A stretch of 64,000 bases of DNA. Source: an uncultured Gammaproteobacteria bacterium. GTDB lineage: Bacteria; Pseudomonadota; Gammaproteobacteria; UBA9214. Positions within the stretch are counted from its first letter, which is position 1. Every line of letters starts with the position of its first letter. The stretch spans positions 5,431 to 69,430 of the forward strand of contig CAVYHX010000014.1 in assembly GCA_963768415.1 (NCBI GenBank), written 5' to 3'. Of the stretch, positions 12,218 through 24,667 are shown one piece after another. Position numbers and translations under genes: made by a program. The notes under the pieces are model-generated. The model worked only from the letters and a program-made list of their open reading frames with translations, did no database searches and was not told where the DNA came from.

Positions 12218-14184
12218 GCGCCCGCCCCCGGTGTCCTGAAGACAAACCAGAAAACCATCAGCAGCAGGCCGATAATCATGCTGAAGGCATAGTGATACAG
12301 ATAACCCGACTGCACATTCCTCACCACGCTCGCCACCCAGCCGACCACGCGCGCACTGCCGTTGACAATGAAGCCGTCGATGATCGTGGTGTCACCGATT
12401 TTCCAGAGCAGCTGACCGACGCCGCGCGCACCGCCGGCAAACACGGCCTCGTTGAAATCATCTGCATAGTATTTGTTGACCAGTACCTTGTAGATGGTGC
12501 CGAAGCGCTGTTTCACATTGTCGGCGATCGATGGATTCTTTACATAGATGTACCAGGCCGTCGCCACACCGGCGATCGCCAGGTAGACCGCGGGTCCGCC
12601 AAAGGCATGCAGCACGAAACTGACCGGCCCGTGATAGTGCTCGCCGATTGCCGTCAGGACGTCATGCTGCGGGGCCACATGGATCACCCCGTTGAAGAAA
12701 TCACCGAACACCACCGGGTCGATCAGGTAACCCGCCAGCACGGAGGGGATCGCCAGCATCACCAGCGGGAACACCACCACAAACGGGGTCTCGTGCAGGT
12801 GCTCGCGGGTGTGATCATCCATGCGCGGTTTGCCATGAAACACCAGGAAATACATGCGGAAGCTGTACAGGGCGGTGATAAACACACCGGCCAGCACGGC
12901 AACGTAAACCAGACCGGCGCCCGGCAGGTGCGAATGGCGCACCGCCTCGATGATGGTGTCCTTGGAATAAAAGCCGGAGAAAAACGGGGTACCGATCAGC
13001 GCCAGCGAACCGATCAGTGACGTGATCCAGGTGATCGGCATGTACTTGCGCAGCCCGCCCATGTTGCGGATGTCCTGTTCGTGGTGCATGGCGATAATCA
13101 CGGAGCCTGCAGCCAGAAACAGCAGCGCCTTGAAAAAGGCATGCGTCATCAGGTGAAAGATACCCGCGGCATAGGCCGAGACACCCAGCGCTACCGTCAT
13201 GTAACCGAGCTGCGACAGTGTCGAGTAGGCCACCACGCGCTTGATGTCGTTCTGCACAATACCGAGGAACCCCATAAACAGTGCAGTGATGGCGCCGATC
13301 GTCATAACGAACACCAGGGCCGTCTGCGACAGTTCAAACAGCGGCGACATGCGCGCCACCATGAAAATACCGGCAGTGACCATGGTTGCGGCATGGATAA
13401 GCGCCGAGATCGGCGTCGGGCCTTCCATGGAATCCGGCAGCCAGACATGCAGGGGAACCTGCGCCGACTTGCCCATGGCGCCGATAAACAGCAGGATGCA
13501 GATCACGCTCATCAGTTGCCATTCATGGCCGGCAAATATTTCATAGCTGGTACCCGCGAGCGCAGGGGCGGCCGCGAACACCGTCGCATAGTCCATACTG
13601 TTGAAGAAGCTGTAAATCGCCGCGATACCCAGCAGGAAACCGAAGTCCCCGACCCGGTTGACCAGGAATGCCTTGAGGTTGGCGTAGATCGCCGTCGGCC
13701 GCGTGTACCAGAAACCGATCAGCAGGTAAGACACCAGCCCCACCGCCTCCCAGCCGAAGAACAGCTGCAGGAAGTTGTTGGCCATCACCAGCATCAGCAT
13801 CGAGAAGGTAAACAGCGCGATATAGCTGAAGAAACGCTGGTAACCCGGATCATCGTGCATGTAGCCGATGGTATAGATGTGCACCATCAGGGAGACAAAG
13901 GTCACGACCGTCATCATCAGAGCGGTAAGATTGTCGATCAGAAATCCGATTTCAAAACGCACCCCGTCCGACACCAGCCAGGTATAGACACTGGCATTGT
14001 AAACAGCGGCACCATCGAATACGTGCTGCTTGAGTACGTACAGCGACAGTATAAATGACACACCGACACCCAGGATCGTCACAGTGTGCGCACCGGCACG
14101 CCCGATCTGCCTGCCGAACAAGCCGGCAATAATCGCACCCAGCAAGGGGGCAAGCGGAATGGCAAGGTAGATATTTTCCATCAC
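12214..14184 (-). CDS. nuoL: NADH-quinone oxidoreductase subunit L
   Basis: 656-aa antiporter-like membrane ORF with a 4-nt overlap with nuoM. Confidence 0.94.
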   Translation of the reverse strand: MMENIYLAIPLAPLLGAIIAGLFGRQIGRAGAHTVTILGVGVSFILSLYVLKQHVFDGAAVYNASVYTWLVSDGVRFEIGFLIDNLTALMMTVVTFVSLMVHIYTIGYMHDDPGYQRFFSYIALFTFSMLMLVMANNFLQLFFGWEAVGLVSYLLIGFWYTRPTAIYANLKAFLVNRVGDFGFLLGIAAIYSFFNSMDYATVFAAAPALAGTSYEIFAGHEWQLMSVICILLFIGAMGKSAQVPLHVWLPDSMEGPTPISALIHAATMVTAGIFMVARMSPLFELSQTALVFVMTIGAITALFMGFLGIVQNDIKRVVAYSTLSQLGYMTVALGVSAYAAGIFHLMTHAFFKALLFLAAGSVIIAMHHEQDIRNMGGLRKYMPITWITSLIGSLALIGTPFFSGFYSKDTIIEAVRHSHLPGAGLVYVAVLAGVFITALYSFRMYFLVFHGKPRMDDHTREHLHETPFVVVFPLVMLAIPSVLAGYLIDPVVFGDFFNGVIHVAPQHDVLTAIGEHYHGPVSFVLHAFGGPAVYLAIAGVATAWYIYVKNPSIADNVKQRFGTIYKVLVNKYYADDFNEAVFAGGARGVGQLLWKIGDTTIIDGFIVNGSARVVGWVASVVRNVQSGYLYHYAFSMIIGLLLMVFWFVFRTPGAGA

Positions 14185-14185
14185 A

Positions 14186-14491
14186 CTATCCCTTCAGCGT
14201 ATCCAGGTCGTCGACATTGATTGTCTGGCGGTTACGGAACAGCACCACCAGGATCGCCAGCCCGATGGCGGATTCGGCCGCGGCAACCGTGAGGATAAAG
14301 AACACGAATACCTGGCCGGCGGTATCACCCAGAAAATAGGAAAAGGCGATAAAGTTCATATTCACCGCGAGCAGCATCAATTCGATCGCCATCAGCAGGA
14401 TGATGACGTTCTTGCGGTTCAGGAAAATCCCCGCCACGCTCAGGCCGAACAGGATGGCCCCGAGAACAAGATAGTCTGAAAGTGCAATCAT
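14186..14491 (-). CDS. nuoK: NADH-quinone oxidoreductase subunit K
   Basis: 101-aa ORF with three transmembrane segments, typical of NuoK. Confidence 0.93.
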   Translation of the reverse strand: MIALSDYLVLGAILFGLSVAGIFLNRKNVIILLMAIELMLLAVNMNFIAFSYFLGDTAGQVFVFFILTVAAAESAIGLAILVVLFRNRQTINVDDLDTLKG

Positions 14492-14503
14492 TTTTCTATT
14501 TGC

Positions 14504-15109
14504 CTAATGCTTTTCTTCAGAGTTCATCTTCACCACGCGCACGCGGTCGGCGGCTTTCACAGCGATCTGCTCTGCCGGGTTCTGGTATTTCGTTTCCGGC
14601 CGCTTGCGCATGGTCAGTGCGATGGCGGCGATGATCGCGACCAGCAGGATGACCGAGGCAATCTCGAACGGGTAGACATAGTCGGTATAGAGCACGCTGC
14701 CAAGTTCACGAACATTGCTGTAATCCGCACCGTGACGCTCGGGAACTGCGACCACATCGGCACCGAAATTACGTGCACGCACAACCATGAACATCTCGAT
14801 CACTATCAGCGCGGCAACAGTGAGTCCAACCGGCAGATACCGGATAAATCCCTCGCGCAACGGAGAGGTATTGATATCGAGCATCATCACAACGAACAGG
14901 AACAGCACCATCACCGCACCAACATAGACAAGCACCAGTACGATGGCGAGAAATTCAGCTTCCAGCATTAGCCACAGACCGGCGCAGGTAAAAAATGCCA
15001 GTACCAGGTGCAGTGCTGCATACACCGGATTCCGGACGGTAATGACACGGCCCGCGGCATACAGCAGGAGTGCTGCCAGAAAATAAAAAACGAAGCGTTC
15101 AAATTCCAT
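14504..15109 (-). CDS. nuoJ: NADH-quinone oxidoreductase subunit J
   Basis: The ORF extends to 15151. The probable start is MEFERFVFYFLAALLL at 15109, just after the nuoI stop. Confidence 0.9.
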   Translation of the reverse strand: MEFERFVFYFLAALLLYAAGRVITVRNPVYAALHLVLAFFTCAGLWLMLEAEFLAIVLVLVYVGAVMVLFLFVVMMLDINTSPLREGFIRYLPVGLTVAALIVIEMFMVVRARNFGADVVAVPERHGADYSNVRELGSVLYTDYVYPFEIASVILLVAIIAAIALTMRKRPETKYQNPAEQIAVKAADRVRVVKMNSEEKH

Positions 15110-15113
15110 ATTG

Positions 15114-15602
15114 TTACCTGTAAGCTGCGTCCGCCTGACGGTCTGCTGCAATCTGCGCCTCGTGCTTGTCGCCGATTTCCAGCAGCATCTCCTTGGTCAT
15201 GATGTTTTCACCGCGATTCTCGAAACTGTATTCGAAGATGCGCGTCTCGACGATGGAATCCACCGGGCAGGACTCTTCACAGAAGCCGCAATAGATACAC
15301 TTGAACAGATCGATATCATAACGGGTGGTGCGCCGCGTCCCGTCTGCGCGCTCCTCCGCCTCGATGGTGATCGCCAGTGCCGGACATACCGCCTCGCAGA
15401 GCTTGCAGGCAATGCAGCGCTCTTCGCCATTGGGATAGCGGCGCAGGGCATGCAGGCCGCGGAAACGGTATGACTGCGGCGTCTTCTCTTCCGGATACTG
15501 CACGGTAATCTTGCGTGAAAACAGCCGTCTTCCGGTCAGGCCCATGCCCTTGCGCAGCTCGGCGAGGGTCAGACTTTTTAGAAAGCGGCTAAAAGTTGTC
15601 AT
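15114..15602 (-). CDS. nuoI: NADH-quinone oxidoreductase subunit I (2x[4Fe-4S] ferredoxin-type)
   Basis: 162 aa with two CxxCxxCxxxCP motifs ([24 protein letters not shown]). Confidence 0.95.
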   Translation of the reverse strand: MTTFSRFLKSLTLAELRKGMGLTGRRLFSRKITVQYPEEKTPQSYRFRGLHALRRYPNGEERCIACKLCEAVCPALAITIEAEERADGTRRTTRYDIDLFKCIYCGFCEESCPVDSIVETRIFEYSFENRGENIMTKEMLLEIGDKHEAQIAADRQADAAYR

Positions 15603-15614
15603 GTCAGCATGATC

Positions 15615-16736
15615 TCAATCGAACCACGGCCCGACATCGGCCATCACGGCAGCGCCTTCCACCACCAGCCAGACTATGGTGATCGGGATAAACACCTTCC
15701 AGCCCAGCCGCATGATCTGGTCATAGCGGTAACGCGGGAAGGTGGCGCGGGACCAGAGAAAAAAGAACAGCATCAGCGAGGTCTTGGCCATGAACCAGAT
15801 CAACCCGGGCACCCAGGCAAACCAGGCTTCAAACCAGGTTCCCTGGAAGGGCGACAGCCAGCCACCGAGAAACATCAGGGCGGTCAACGCGGCAATCAGG
15901 ATCATGTTGGCATATTCCGCCAGAAAGAAGACGGCGAATGCCATGCCGGAATATTCAACATGGAATCCTGCAACAATTTCCGACTCGCCTTCGGACACAT
16001 CGAACGGCGCCCGGTTGGTTTCCGCCACGCCGGATATGAAATACACCAGGAACAGGGGCAGCAGCGGCAGCCAGAACCAGTGCAACAGGCTGCCCTGCTG
16101 CGCCTCTACGATCTCGACCAGGTTCAGACTGCCGCCGGCGATCAGGACGCCGACCAGCGCGAACCCCATGGCGATTTCATAGGACACGATCTGTGCGGCC
16201 GAACGCATGGCACCGAGAAAGGCATATTTCGAGTTCGACGCCCAACCGGCGATGATGACGCCGTACACACCCATTGAGGTCAACGCCAGGATATACAACA
16301 GGCTGGCATCGATATTGGCCAGCACCAGTTTGTCGGTAAAGGGTATCACCGCCCAGGCGGCCAGTGCCGGTGCAATGGATAACATGGGTGCGATCACGAA
16401 CAGGAAGCGGCTGGCGTTGGTTGGCAGTATGATCTCTTTCATCAGCAGCTTGAGCGCATCGGCAATCGGCTGCAACCAGCCGCGCGGCCCGACCCGGTTG
16501 GGCCCGATGCGTACCTGCATATAACCGATTATCTTGCGCTCGGCGAAGGTCAGATAGGCAACCGCCAGCATCAGCGGCACCAGGATCAGGATAATCTTGC
16601 CAATGATGATGAGCGGTTCCCTGAGGATCTCCCAGTACTGGTAGCCAAGCCACACCACCAGCACGGACACGGCGAACAGCATCGACAGCAGTATCAGCGG
16701 GCCCTTGATCGATCTTTGCATCGTGGCATCAGTCAT
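15615..16736 (-). CDS. nuoH: NADH-quinone oxidoreductase subunit H
   Basis: 373-aa membrane ORF containing ..[23 protein letters not shown]... The start may be a few codons internal. Confidence 0.93.
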   Translation of the reverse strand: MTDATMQRSIKGPLILLSMLFAVSVLVVWLGYQYWEILREPLIIIGKIILILVPLMLAVAYLTFAERKIIGYMQVRIGPNRVGPRGWLQPIADALKLLMKEIILPTNASRFLFVIAPMLSIAPALAAWAVIPFTDKLVLANIDASLLYILALTSMGVYGVIIAGWASNSKYAFLGAMRSAAQIVSYEIAMGFALVGVLIAGGSLNLVEIVEAQQGSLLHWFWLPLLPLFLVYFISGVAETNRAPFDVSEGESEIVAGFHVEYSGMAFAVFFLAEYANMILIAALTALMFLGGWLSPFQGTWFEAWFAWVPGLIWFMAKTSLMLFFFLWSRATFPRYRYDQIMRLGWKVFIPITIVWLVVEGAAVMADVGPWFD

Positions 16737-16761
16737 CGTGCTGTCTCATTGCAGGTATGCA

Positions 16762-19161
16762 TCAGGTGCGCTCGATTTCCACTGCGCCGAAATTCGCGCC
16801 CAGCCCCGCAGCCGCCGGAGTCCCTGCCTGTATCCACACACAACCATCCGGTACGCGCGCATCTATGCTGACATCCATGACCACGCTGGCATCGCCCTGC
16901 CTGACATTGACCGTGTAGCCGTCGCGCACTCCGGTCTGTGCCGCCAGTGCAGCATTCATGCGCACCAGTGACGCGGCAACAGCATCCGGCGTCGCCTGCA
17001 GCGCCGGTGCACGCCGTACCAGCGCATCAATTGAATTGATTGCGGTATCGCCGATACGCTCCAGCCCCGCAGTGACAGCAGCTGCCGCGACCGGTCCGGC
17101 TTGCTGGTGATTATCGGCTTCGACCTTGCCGGTCTGCGCACGCAGGGCATCACGGATCTGCTCGCTGCCGGTGTAATCAAACCCCTCCAGTCCGAACTGG
17201 TTACCCAGCACGCGCAGAATCTTCCACCCCGGACGGCTGTCACCCGCCGGCGTTGCCACGCCGGCAAAACCCTGCCAGCGCCCTTCTGCATTGACGAAGG
17301 TTCCGGAGGTTTCCGTAAACGGCCCCGAGGGCAGCAACACATCCGCAGCCGCCTTCATGGCTTCACTGGCAAACGGGCTGATGGACACCACGAACTCGGC
17401 GGCATTGACTGCCTTGCCTGCCGCATGCGCATCCCAGCAGTCATACTCCGGTTCCACACCGAACAGCAGGTAACCCTGGCGCGGGTTTTGGTACATTTCA
17501 AGCGCATTCAGCCCCGCGGTCTCGAGTACGCCGCCTGCCGGACCACGATGGGGCAGTACCCCGGCCAGCCAGCCACCGACACTGTTGGCGGCTTCGGGCA
17601 ACACACCCGGTGTCGCCCCGCAAGCATCCGCAATCGCTGCAGCGAGCGCCCTGATCAACGAATACTGCGGATGGGCAAGCGCACTGTTACCCAGCAGGAC
17701 GATGCCTGCCTGCGACTGCCTGAGTGCATCGGCGATCGTGCGAGAATTTGCATCCGGCACAGCAGCGGATATCAGGTCGCGCACTGCATCCGCCGACTTG
17801 CTGCCGGCATCCGGAAAAGACGCCGCTACTGCCGCGAGGGTAGCCACCATTCCAGACGGCGGTACGATCGCAGTGGCATGGACAGGAAACAGGAATTCAT
17901 AGTCCACCGGGTTTACAAACATGATGTTTGCACCGGCGAGTGCAGCCTTGCGCAAACGGTGTCCGGCAAGCGGCTGTTCCTTGCGCACATTGGAGCCAAT
18001 CACCAGCGCCGCATCCACGGTTTCGAGTTGCTCCAGCGGGATCCCCAGTGCCGGACACAGTGGCGCCTGTACCTGGTCGGTAAAGTCGGCCTGGCGCAGG
18101 CGATGGTCGATATTTTCGACACCGAGACCGCGCGCCAGGGCCTGCAGCAGAAACATCTCTTCCAGAGTAGCGGCAGGTGAACACATTACACCCACCTGCC
18201 CGGTCCCGTGCTGGTCGATTACTGCACGCATTCCGTTGACGGTTGCATCCAGGGCAGCCTCCCAGTCCACCTCCAGCCATTGGTCGTTCACCTTCACCAT
18301 CGGCGTCAACAGACGGTCCGGACTCTCGAGTCCCTCGTAGCTGAAGCGGTCACGATCGGACAACCAGACCTCGTTGATCTCCTCGTTTTCACGCGGCACC
18401 ACCCGCATGACCTTGCCGCGCCGGGTATGCACGTACAGATTGGAGCCGATCGAGTCATGCGGGGCCACGCTGGCATGCTGCTCCAGTTCCCAGGCGCGCG
18501 CCTTGAAGCGGAATGGTCTCGAGGTGAGTGCACCGACCGGGCAGACATCGATGACGTTACCCGACAACTCCGACTCCAGTGACTTTTCGATATAGGTGCC
18601 GATCTCCATGTTCTCGCCGCGGCCGGTCGCACCCAGCTCCATCTTGCCGGCGATTTCACGCAACATGCGTATGCAGCGGGTACAGTGAATGCAGCGCGTC
18701 ATGTCGGTGGCAATCAGGGGGCCGATAGACTTGTCCCTGACGACACGCTTGTTTTCCGTGAACCGCGAGATGTCGCGGCCGTAACCCAGGGCCAGGTCCT
18801 GTAATTCGCATTCACCGCCCTGATCGCAGATCGGGCAGTCCAGCGGATGATTGATCAGCAGGAATTCCATCACCGCCTTCTGCGCGCTTTTGGCCCGGTC
18901 CGAGCGCGTGAAGATCTTCATGCCATCGGCAACCGGGGTGGCACAGGCCGGCAGGGGCTTCGGCACTTTCTCCACTTCGACCATACACATGCGGCAATTG
19001 GCCGCGACCGACAGTTTCTTGTGATAGCAGAAGCGCGGGATATTGATACCCGCCGCATCGGCGATCTCGATGATCATGGCCCCCTTGCGCGCCTGCACCG
19101 ACTGACCGTCGATCTCGACCGTGACGGCATCTTCCGGCGGAATCTCCGGCCGTGCGCTCAC
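16762..19161 (-). CDS. nuoG: NADH-quinone oxidoreductase subunit G
   Basis: 799 aa with an N-terminal 2Fe-2S/4Fe-4S cysteine pattern and a molybdopterin-oxidoreductase-like domain. Confidence 0.95.
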   Translation of the reverse strand: MSARPEIPPEDAVTVEIDGQSVQARKGAMIIEIADAAGINIPRFCYHKKLSVAANCRMCMVEVEKVPKPLPACATPVADGMKIFTRSDRAKSAQKAVMEFLLINHPLDCPICDQGGECELQDLALGYGRDISRFTENKRVVRDKSIGPLIATDMTRCIHCTRCIRMLREIAGKMELGATGRGENMEIGTYIEKSLESELSGNVIDVCPVGALTSRPFRFKARAWELEQHASVAPHDSIGSNLYVHTRRGKVMRVVPRENEEINEVWLSDRDRFSYEGLESPDRLLTPMVKVNDQWLEVDWEAALDATVNGMRAVIDQHGTGQVGVMCSPAATLEEMFLLQALARGLGVENIDHRLRQADFTDQVQAPLCPALGIPLEQLETVDAALVIGSNVRKEQPLAGHRLRKAALAGANIMFVNPVDYEFLFPVHATAIVPPSGMVATLAAVAASFPDAGSKSADAVRDLISAAVPDANSRTIADALRQSQAGIVLLGNSALAHPQYSLIRALAAAIADACGATPGVLPEAANSVGGWLAGVLPHRGPAGGVLETAGLNALEMYQNPRQGYLLFGVEPEYDCWDAHAAGKAVNAAEFVVSISPFASEAMKAAADVLLPSGPFTETSGTFVNAEGRWQGFAGVATPAGDSRPGWKILRVLGNQFGLEGFDYTGSEQIRDALRAQTGKVEADNHQQAGPVAAAAVTAGLERIGDTAINSIDALVRRAPALQATPDAVAASLVRMNAALAAQTGVRDGYTVNVRQGDASVVMDVSIDARVPDGCVWIQAGTPAAAGLGANFGAVEIERT

Positions 19162-20459
19162 GCCGCCGCTCCTGCTGCCGCTGTGCCATTACCCACCATG
19201 CAGCACTTGTGGGTAATGTGATATTCAAATTCCTCACGGTAATGCTTCAGAAAACTCTGCACCGGCCAGGCGGCGGCATCACCGAAGGCACAGATGGTGT
19301 GCCCCTCTATCTGTCCGGCCGCCTCAACCAGTAAATCCAGGTCTTCCGGACGCCCCTGCCCTTCCTCGATACGCTTGATCACACGGTACATCCAGCCGGT
19401 GCCTTCCCGGCACGGGGTACATTGCCCGCAGGACTCCGCATAATAAAATCGTGCGACACGCATCAACGCCTTCACCATGCAGGTGGTCTCGTCCATGACC
19501 ATCACCCCGCCGGAACCGAGTGCGGAACCGGCCTTCGACAGGGAATCGTAATCCATGTCGGTTTCCATAATGACATCTGCAGGCATCACCGGCATGGAGG
19601 ACCCGCCGGGGATCACGGCCTTGAGCTGATGACCAGTGCGCACCCCGCCGGCCATTTCCAGCAACTCGCGAAACGGGATACCCATGGGCACTTCGAAATT
19701 GCCCGGCTTGTTCACATGCCCGGAAACGGAGAAGATCTTCACCCCGCCGTTGTTCGGCTTGCCAAGTTCCAGGAACCACGCGCCACCGTTGCGGATGATC
19801 GCCGGTACGGACGCCAGGGTTTCGGTGTTATTGATGGTCGTCGGCTTGCCATACAGGCCGAAGTTGGCCGGGAACGGGGGCTTGAAGCGCGGCTGCCCCT
19901 TTTTGCCCTCCAGCGATTCCAGCAGCGCGGTCTCTTCCCCGCAGATATAGGCGCCGGCGCCCAGGTGACCGTGGCATTCAAACTCCACGCCCGTGCCGAG
20001 AATATCCTGACCCAGAAAGCCGGCAGCGCGCGCCTCCTCGAGGGCGTGCTCGAAACGCTCGAACGGTTCATGGTGGAACTCGCCACGCATGTAGTTGTAG
20101 CCCACGGTCGCCCCCATGGCATACCCGGCGATGGCCATGCCCTCGACCAGTGCATGCGGGTTGTAGCGCAGGATATCGCGGTCCTTGCAGGTCCCCGGCT
20201 CCGATTCATCGGAATTGCATACCACATACTTCTGTACCGGCGCGTTGCGCGGCATGAAGCTCCACTTCAGCCCGGTGGGGAAGCCGGCGCCACCGCGCCC
20301 GCGCAGGCCCGACTTCTTGACCTCTTCTATGACTTCATCCGGCGCTATCTTTTCCTGCAGTATCTTCTTCCAGGCCGCATAGCCGCCGACCTTGAGGTAA
20401 TTCTCCAGCGTCCAGGGCTGATCGAATTGCAGGGTGTCGAAACAGATTTTGACTGTCAT
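19158..20459 (-). CDS. nuoF: NADH-quinone oxidoreductase subunit F
   Basis: 433 aa with the [20 protein letters not shown] motif and a C-terminal 4Fe-4S cysteine cluster. Confidence 0.96.
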   Translation of the reverse strand: MTVKICFDTLQFDQPWTLENYLKVGGYAAWKKILQEKIAPDEVIEEVKKSGLRGRGGAGFPTGLKWSFMPRNAPVQKYVVCNSDESEPGTCKDRDILRYNPHALVEGMAIAGYAMGATVGYNYMRGEFHHEPFERFEHALEEARAAGFLGQDILGTGVEFECHGHLGAGAYICGEETALLESLEGKKGQPRFKPPFPANFGLYGKPTTINNTETLASVPAIIRNGGAWFLELGKPNNGGVKIFSVSGHVNKPGNFEVPMGIPFRELLEMAGGVRTGHQLKAVIPGGSSMPVMPADVIMETDMDYDSLSKAGSALGSGGVMVMDETTCMVKALMRVARFYYAESCGQCTPCREGTGWMYRVIKRIEEGQGRPEDLDLLVEAAGQIEGHTICAFGDAAAWPVQSFLKHYREEFEYHITHKCCMVGNGTAAAGAAA

Positions 20460-20462
20460 GCC

Positions 20463-20972
20463 CTACTCCAGTGCATCCAGAATCCCGTCCACTATTTCCG
20501 GGGTGAGATTCTCGTGATAGTGACCGTCAACCGTCATCATCGGCCCGCCGGCACAGGCCGCCAGACACTCCTCTTCCAGTTTCAGCGTGATGCGTCCGTC
20601 CGCGGTTGTTTCCCCCAGCTTGATGCCCAGCTTCTCTTCTACATGACGCACGATGGACTCCGCACCACAGAGCATGCAGGACAGGTTGGTGCACAGGGCC
20701 ACCATATGCCGTCCGACCGGCTCCAGCTCGATCATTGAGTAAAATGTCCCGACTTCATAGACACTCACACGCGGCATATCGAGGTAGTCGGCAACGGCAT
20801 CCATCAAATCGCGGCTGACCCAGCCGTTGTTTTGCTGCTGCGCGACCTGCAGTGCACTCAGCACGGCAGACTGTTTCTGATCTGCCGGGTATTTCCGAAT
20901 CCAGGTATCGATTTGGGCCCGCGACCCGGCTGTCAGCAGGTCGGCCTTGCGCGATTGCAGTTCAGCTGACAT
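20463..20972 (-). CDS. nuoE: NADH-quinone oxidoreductase subunit E
   Basis: 169 aa, a thioredoxin-like 2Fe-2S subunit (..CTNLSCMLCG.. ..CLAACAGGP..). Confidence 0.94.
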   Translation of the reverse strand: MSAELQSRKADLLTAGSRAQIDTWIRKYPADQKQSAVLSALQVAQQQNNGWVSRDLMDAVADYLDMPRVSVYEVGTFYSMIELEPVGRHMVALCTNLSCMLCGAESIVRHVEEKLGIKLGETTADGRITLKLEEECLAACAGGPMMTVDGHYHENLTPEIVDGILDALE

Positions 20973-22225
20973 CAGCGGTCAACCTCCCCGAACACGATGT
21001 CCTGCGTGCCGATAATTGCCACCACGTCTGCGAGCATGTGTCCTCGTGTCATCTCATCCAGTGCCGCCAGGTGCGCGAATCCCGGTGCACGCACCTTCAG
21101 GCGATAGGGTTTGTTGGCCCCGTCCGATATGAGGTAGACACCGAATTCACCCTTGGGATGTTCCACCGCGGCATAGGCCTCACCCTCCGGAATACAGAAA
21201 CCCTCGGTAAACAGCTTGAAGTGGTGGATCAGGGCCTCCATGTCCGCCTTCATCTCTTCCCGCCGCGGCGGCGTCAGCTTGTGATCGTCCACCATGACCG
21301 GTCCGGGGTTGTTGCGCAGCCAGTCGATACACTGCCTGATAATCCGGTTCGACTGGCGCATCTCCTCGATGCGCACCAGGTAACGGTCATAGCAGTCACC
21401 CGTCAAGCCTACCGGGATATCGAAATCGAGCCGGTCATAGACTTCATAGGGCTGTTTCTTGCGCAGGTCCCACTCGATACCGGATCCACGCAGCATGGGG
21501 CCGGAAAAACCCAGTTGCATGGCGCGCTCCGGGCTGACGACACCGATACCCACGGTGCGCTGCTTCCAGATGCGGTTGTCGGTCAGCAGGGTCTCGTATT
21601 CATCCACACACGCCGGGAAACGCGTGGTGAAGGCCTCGATAAAGTCCAGCATCGACCCCTGCCGGTCCGTGTTTTTGCGGTCCACTTCCGTCTGGCTGTG
21701 CCACCTGGAGGCCGCATACTTCGGCATGCTGTCCGGAAGATCGCGATACACTCCACCGGGCCGGTAGTAGGTCGCATGCATGCGCGTACCGGAGACCGCT
21801 TCATAGCAGTCCATCAAATCCTCGCGCTCACGAAAGGTATAGAGGAATACGGTCATGGCGCCGATGTCGAGTCCGTGCGCGCCCAGCCATAACAAATGAT
21901 TCAGGATGCGGGTGATCTCGTCAAACATCACGCGGATGTACTGTGCGCGGATCGGGACCTCGACACCCAGCAGTTTTTCCATCGCCAGCACATAGCCGTG
22001 CTCATTACACATCATCGACACGTAATCGAGCCGGTCCATGTAACCGATACTCTGGTTCCAGGGTTTGCTTTCCGCCAGTTTCTCCGTGCCGCGATGCAAC
22101 AAACCTATGTGGGGATCGGCGCGTTCAATCACCTCCCCGTCCATCTCGAGCACCAGCCGCAGCACACCATGCGCCGCCGGGTGCTGCGGACCGAAATTCA
22201 GGGTGAAGTTGCGAATCTCGGGCAT
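20972..22225 (-). CDS. nuoD: NADH-quinone oxidoreductase subunit D
   Basis: 417 aa, [31 protein letters not shown]... It is not fused to nuoC. Confidence 0.96.
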   Translation of the reverse strand: MPEIRNFTLNFGPQHPAAHGVLRLVLEMDGEVIERADPHIGLLHRGTEKLAESKPWNQSIGYMDRLDYVSMMCNEHGYVLAMEKLLGVEVPIRAQYIRVMFDEITRILNHLLWLGAHGLDIGAMTVFLYTFREREDLMDCYEAVSGTRMHATYYRPGGVYRDLPDSMPKYAASRWHSQTEVDRKNTDRQGSMLDFIEAFTTRFPACVDEYETLLTDNRIWKQRTVGIGVVSPERAMQLGFSGPMLRGSGIEWDLRKKQPYEVYDRLDFDIPVGLTGDCYDRYLVRIEEMRQSNRIIRQCIDWLRNNPGPVMVDDHKLTPPRREEMKADMEALIHHFKLFTEGFCIPEGEAYAAVEHPKGEFGVYLISDGANKPYRLKVRAPGFAHLAALDEMTRGHMLADVVAIIGTQDIVFGEVDR

Positions 22226-22227
22226 GG

Positions 22228-22974
22228 TTACTCCGCCGGTTCCGCGGCAGTCTCGCCAGCATCCGCATGCTGCCCTGCTGCTGCAATTCGCGCAGCACGG
22301 ATCACCTTGGGTACCAGGACACGGGGTTCAATACTGACCGGCTGATAGACCACCCGGCGTTTTTCAGCATCATAGATGACCTCGACGTTGCCGCTCAGCG
22401 GGAAATCCTTGCGGAACGGATGACCGATAAATCCATAGTCGGTCAGAATGCGGCGCAGGTCCGGATGACCTTCAAACAACACACCGTAGAGATCGAATGC
22501 CTCGCGCTCGAACCAGTTGGCACTGTTCCAGATCTGAATCACGGACGGTACCACTGGCAAATCATCATCCGGCGCAAATACCCGGATCCGCAGCCGCCGG
22601 TTGTGTTTGATCGACAGCAGGTGATAGACCACTGCGAAACGCCGTGCGCTGCGCGGCTTCTCGATGACCAGGTCCTCGGTGATTGCCGTCAAGCGGCCCG
22701 CTGTGCCGGCCTCCACACCCCGGCTGAAACCGGACCCGGAACTCTCTTCGGTGACCCACTCGTCACGGCCATAACTGGCATAGTCAACGCCACACAGGTC
22801 CATCAGCAGCGCGAATGCGAAATCCGCCTCATCACGCACTGCCGTCGCCACGTCCAGCAAATCGTCATGAGCAACTTCTATCGTGACCTCGCCGAAATCC
22901 GTCACCACGGATTGCAGACTTTCACCGAAGCGTTGCTGGAGTTGCTCTGCGAGCTGCCGGGAAGATTCGGTCAT
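22228..22974 (-). CDS. nuoC: NADH-quinone oxidoreductase subunit C
   Basis: 248 aa with a NuoC core (..[30 protein letters not shown]..) and a short Ala-rich C-terminal tail. Confidence 0.93.
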   Translation of the reverse strand: MTESSRQLAEQLQQRFGESLQSVVTDFGEVTIEVAHDDLLDVATAVRDEADFAFALLMDLCGVDYASYGRDEWVTEESSGSGFSRGVEAGTAGRLTAITEDLVIEKPRSARRFAVVYHLLSIKHNRRLRIRVFAPDDDLPVVPSVIQIWNSANWFEREAFDLYGVLFEGHPDLRRILTDYGFIGHPFRKDFPLSGNVEVIYDAEKRRVVYQPVSIEPRVLVPKVIRAARIAAAGQHADAGETAAEPAE

Positions 22975-22985
22975 GGATGCTGCCC

Positions 22986-23462
22986 TTAACGGGCGATGGT
23001 GTTGGTGCGTTTTATCTTGTTCTGCAGCTGCATTATGCCGTAGAGCAGGGCCTCGGCCGTTGGCGGACAGCCGGGCACGTAGATATCGACCGGTACGATA
23101 CGGTCACAGCCACGTACGACAGAATAGGAATAGTGATAATAGCCCCCACCGTTGGCGCAGGAGCCCATGGAGATCACCCAGCGCGGCTCGGCCATCTGGT
23201 CATACACCTTGCGCAATGCCGGCGCCATCTTGTTGACCAGTGTCCCTGCCACGATCATGACATCCGACTGGCGGGGACTGGGGCGGAAGATCACGCCGAA
23301 CCGGTCCAGGTCATAACGTGATGCGCCGGCCTGCATCATCTCCACGGCACAGCAGGCGAGTCCGAACGTCATTGGCCACATGGAACCGGTACGTGCCCAG
23401 TTGATCAGGGCATCGGCGGAGGTGGTGACATAACCCTCCTTGAGCAGCCCTTCTATTCCCAT
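22986..23462 (-). CDS. nuoB: NADH-quinone oxidoreductase subunit B
   Basis: The ORF extends to 23483. The likely start is [17 protein letters not shown].., overlapping the nuoA stop. It contains the [10 protein letters not shown] and CPP motifs. Confidence 0.94.
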   Translation of the reverse strand: MGIEGLLKEGYVTTSADALINWARTGSMWPMTFGLACCAVEMMQAGASRYDLDRFGVIFRPSPRQSDVMIVAGTLVNKMAPALRKVYDQMAEPRWVISMGSCANGGGYYHYSYSVVRGCDRIVPVDIYVPGCPPTAEALLYGIMQLQNKIKRTNTIAR

Positions 23463-23809
23463 TCCAGTGCCCCTTTCTTCCACTCGTAGATGAAGCCGAC
23501 CACCAGAATGCCCAGGAACACCAGCATCGCGAGAAATCCGAACATGCCGATGTCATCCAGCACTACGGCCCAGGGAAACAGGAAGGCAATTTCGAGATCG
23601 AAAATAATAAACAGGATGGCGACCAGGTAGTAACGCACATCAAAGCGCATGCGGGTGTCTTCAAAGGCCTCGAAACCACACTCGTAGGGAGAATTCTTTT
23701 CACTGTCCGGTTTGTGCGGCGCCAGCAGGAAACCAAGGACGATGGGGCCGACCCCCACACCGATGCCGATAATAATGAAGATAAGTATGGGCAGATAATT
23801 TTCCAGCAT
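23453..23809 (-). CDS. nuoA: NADH-quinone oxidoreductase subunit A
   Basis: 118-aa ORF with three transmembrane segments (..SPYECGFE..), the first gene of the operon. Confidence 0.93.
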   Translation of the reverse strand: MLENYLPILIFIIIGIGVGVGPIVLGFLLAPHKPDSEKNSPYECGFEAFEDTRMRFDVRYYLVAILFIIFDLEIAFLFPWAVVLDDIGMFGFLAMLVFLGILVVGFIYEWKKGALEWE

Positions 23810-24068
23810 GGATATCGCCTCAATCTGTCCGGTTGTGCGGCCACCCGGACCTCGTTCGATTTCTTTTGAATTATCGTGCTCGAAAAAGCCTGTGAAGTCT
23901 AGGCCAGCACCTGGTTACTGTCAAGTTGGGGAAAAGACATTTTTATTATATATTACATTGGCTTGAGCTGGTTTTTAGGGGTATAAAAAAACCGCATGAT
24001 GGCCCGTCATCCACGTTTGAATTGTACCGGTCTGAACACTTGCCGGTTTAAACCATCATAAATCCGTT

Positions 24069-24153
24069 TGGTGCCGATGGCCGGAGTCGAACCGGCACGG
24101 CTTGCGCCACTGCCCCCTCAAGACAGCGTGTCTACCAATTCCACCACATCGGC
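24069..24153 (-). tRNA. leuU: tRNA-Leu (anticodon GAG), type II with a long variable arm
   Basis: The minus strand reads gccgatgtggtggaattggtagacacgctgtcttGAGggggcagtggcgcaagccgtgccggttcgactccggccatcggcacca. It lies downstream of secG, as E. coli leuU does. Confidence 0.92.
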
Positions 24154-24180
24154 TCGATTACTAAGGAGTGTTAAATATAT

Positions 24181-24633
24181 CTATTCCGGAAGGTCATCCG
24201 ACTTGGCCGGTTTCGGGGTCCCGGTCACTTTGGGGAGTTTTTCTGCCGGAACTGCGGCTGCGCCTGGATCCGTGATTTCCACCTGCTGTGCATCCTGCAC
24301 ATCGGCAGGCAGATCCTCCACGACTGCGGTAACCGGCTCCGTCCGGTTCTCGACCTGTTGCTGCTCGATCTGGTTGGCCACCACACTCTTCGTCGTGCTG
24401 GTGTGACGTATCAGCGGAGAGGCAATCAGCAAACAATTGATAAAAAAGACCGCGGCAAGAATCCCCGTGGCGCGGGAGAAGAAGGAGCCTGATCCACGCG
24501 CGCCGAACACGGTCCCGGAAGACCCGCTGCCAAAGGCTGCCCCCATATCGGCGCCCTTGCCCTGCTGCAACATCACCAGCGCAATAATGCTGATGGAAAC
24601 CAGAACCTGAACTACCAGTAAAAATTGAAACAT
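24181..24633 (-). CDS. secG: Preprotein translocase subunit SecG with an extended acidic/Pro-rich C-terminus
   Basis: 150 aa, MFQFLLVVQVLVSISIIALVMLQQGKGADMGAAFGSGSSGTVFG.., a canonical SecG N-terminal region. Confidence 0.92.
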   Translation of the reverse strand: MFQFLLVVQVLVSISIIALVMLQQGKGADMGAAFGSGSSGTVFGARGSGSFFSRATGILAAVFFINCLLIASPLIRHTSTTKSVVANQIEQQQVENRTEPVTAVVEDLPADVQDAQQVEITDPGAAAVPAEKLPKVTGTPKPAKSDDLPE

Positions 24634-24667
24634 AGTGACAACCGTCTAATTCAGCTGTGTTGATAAA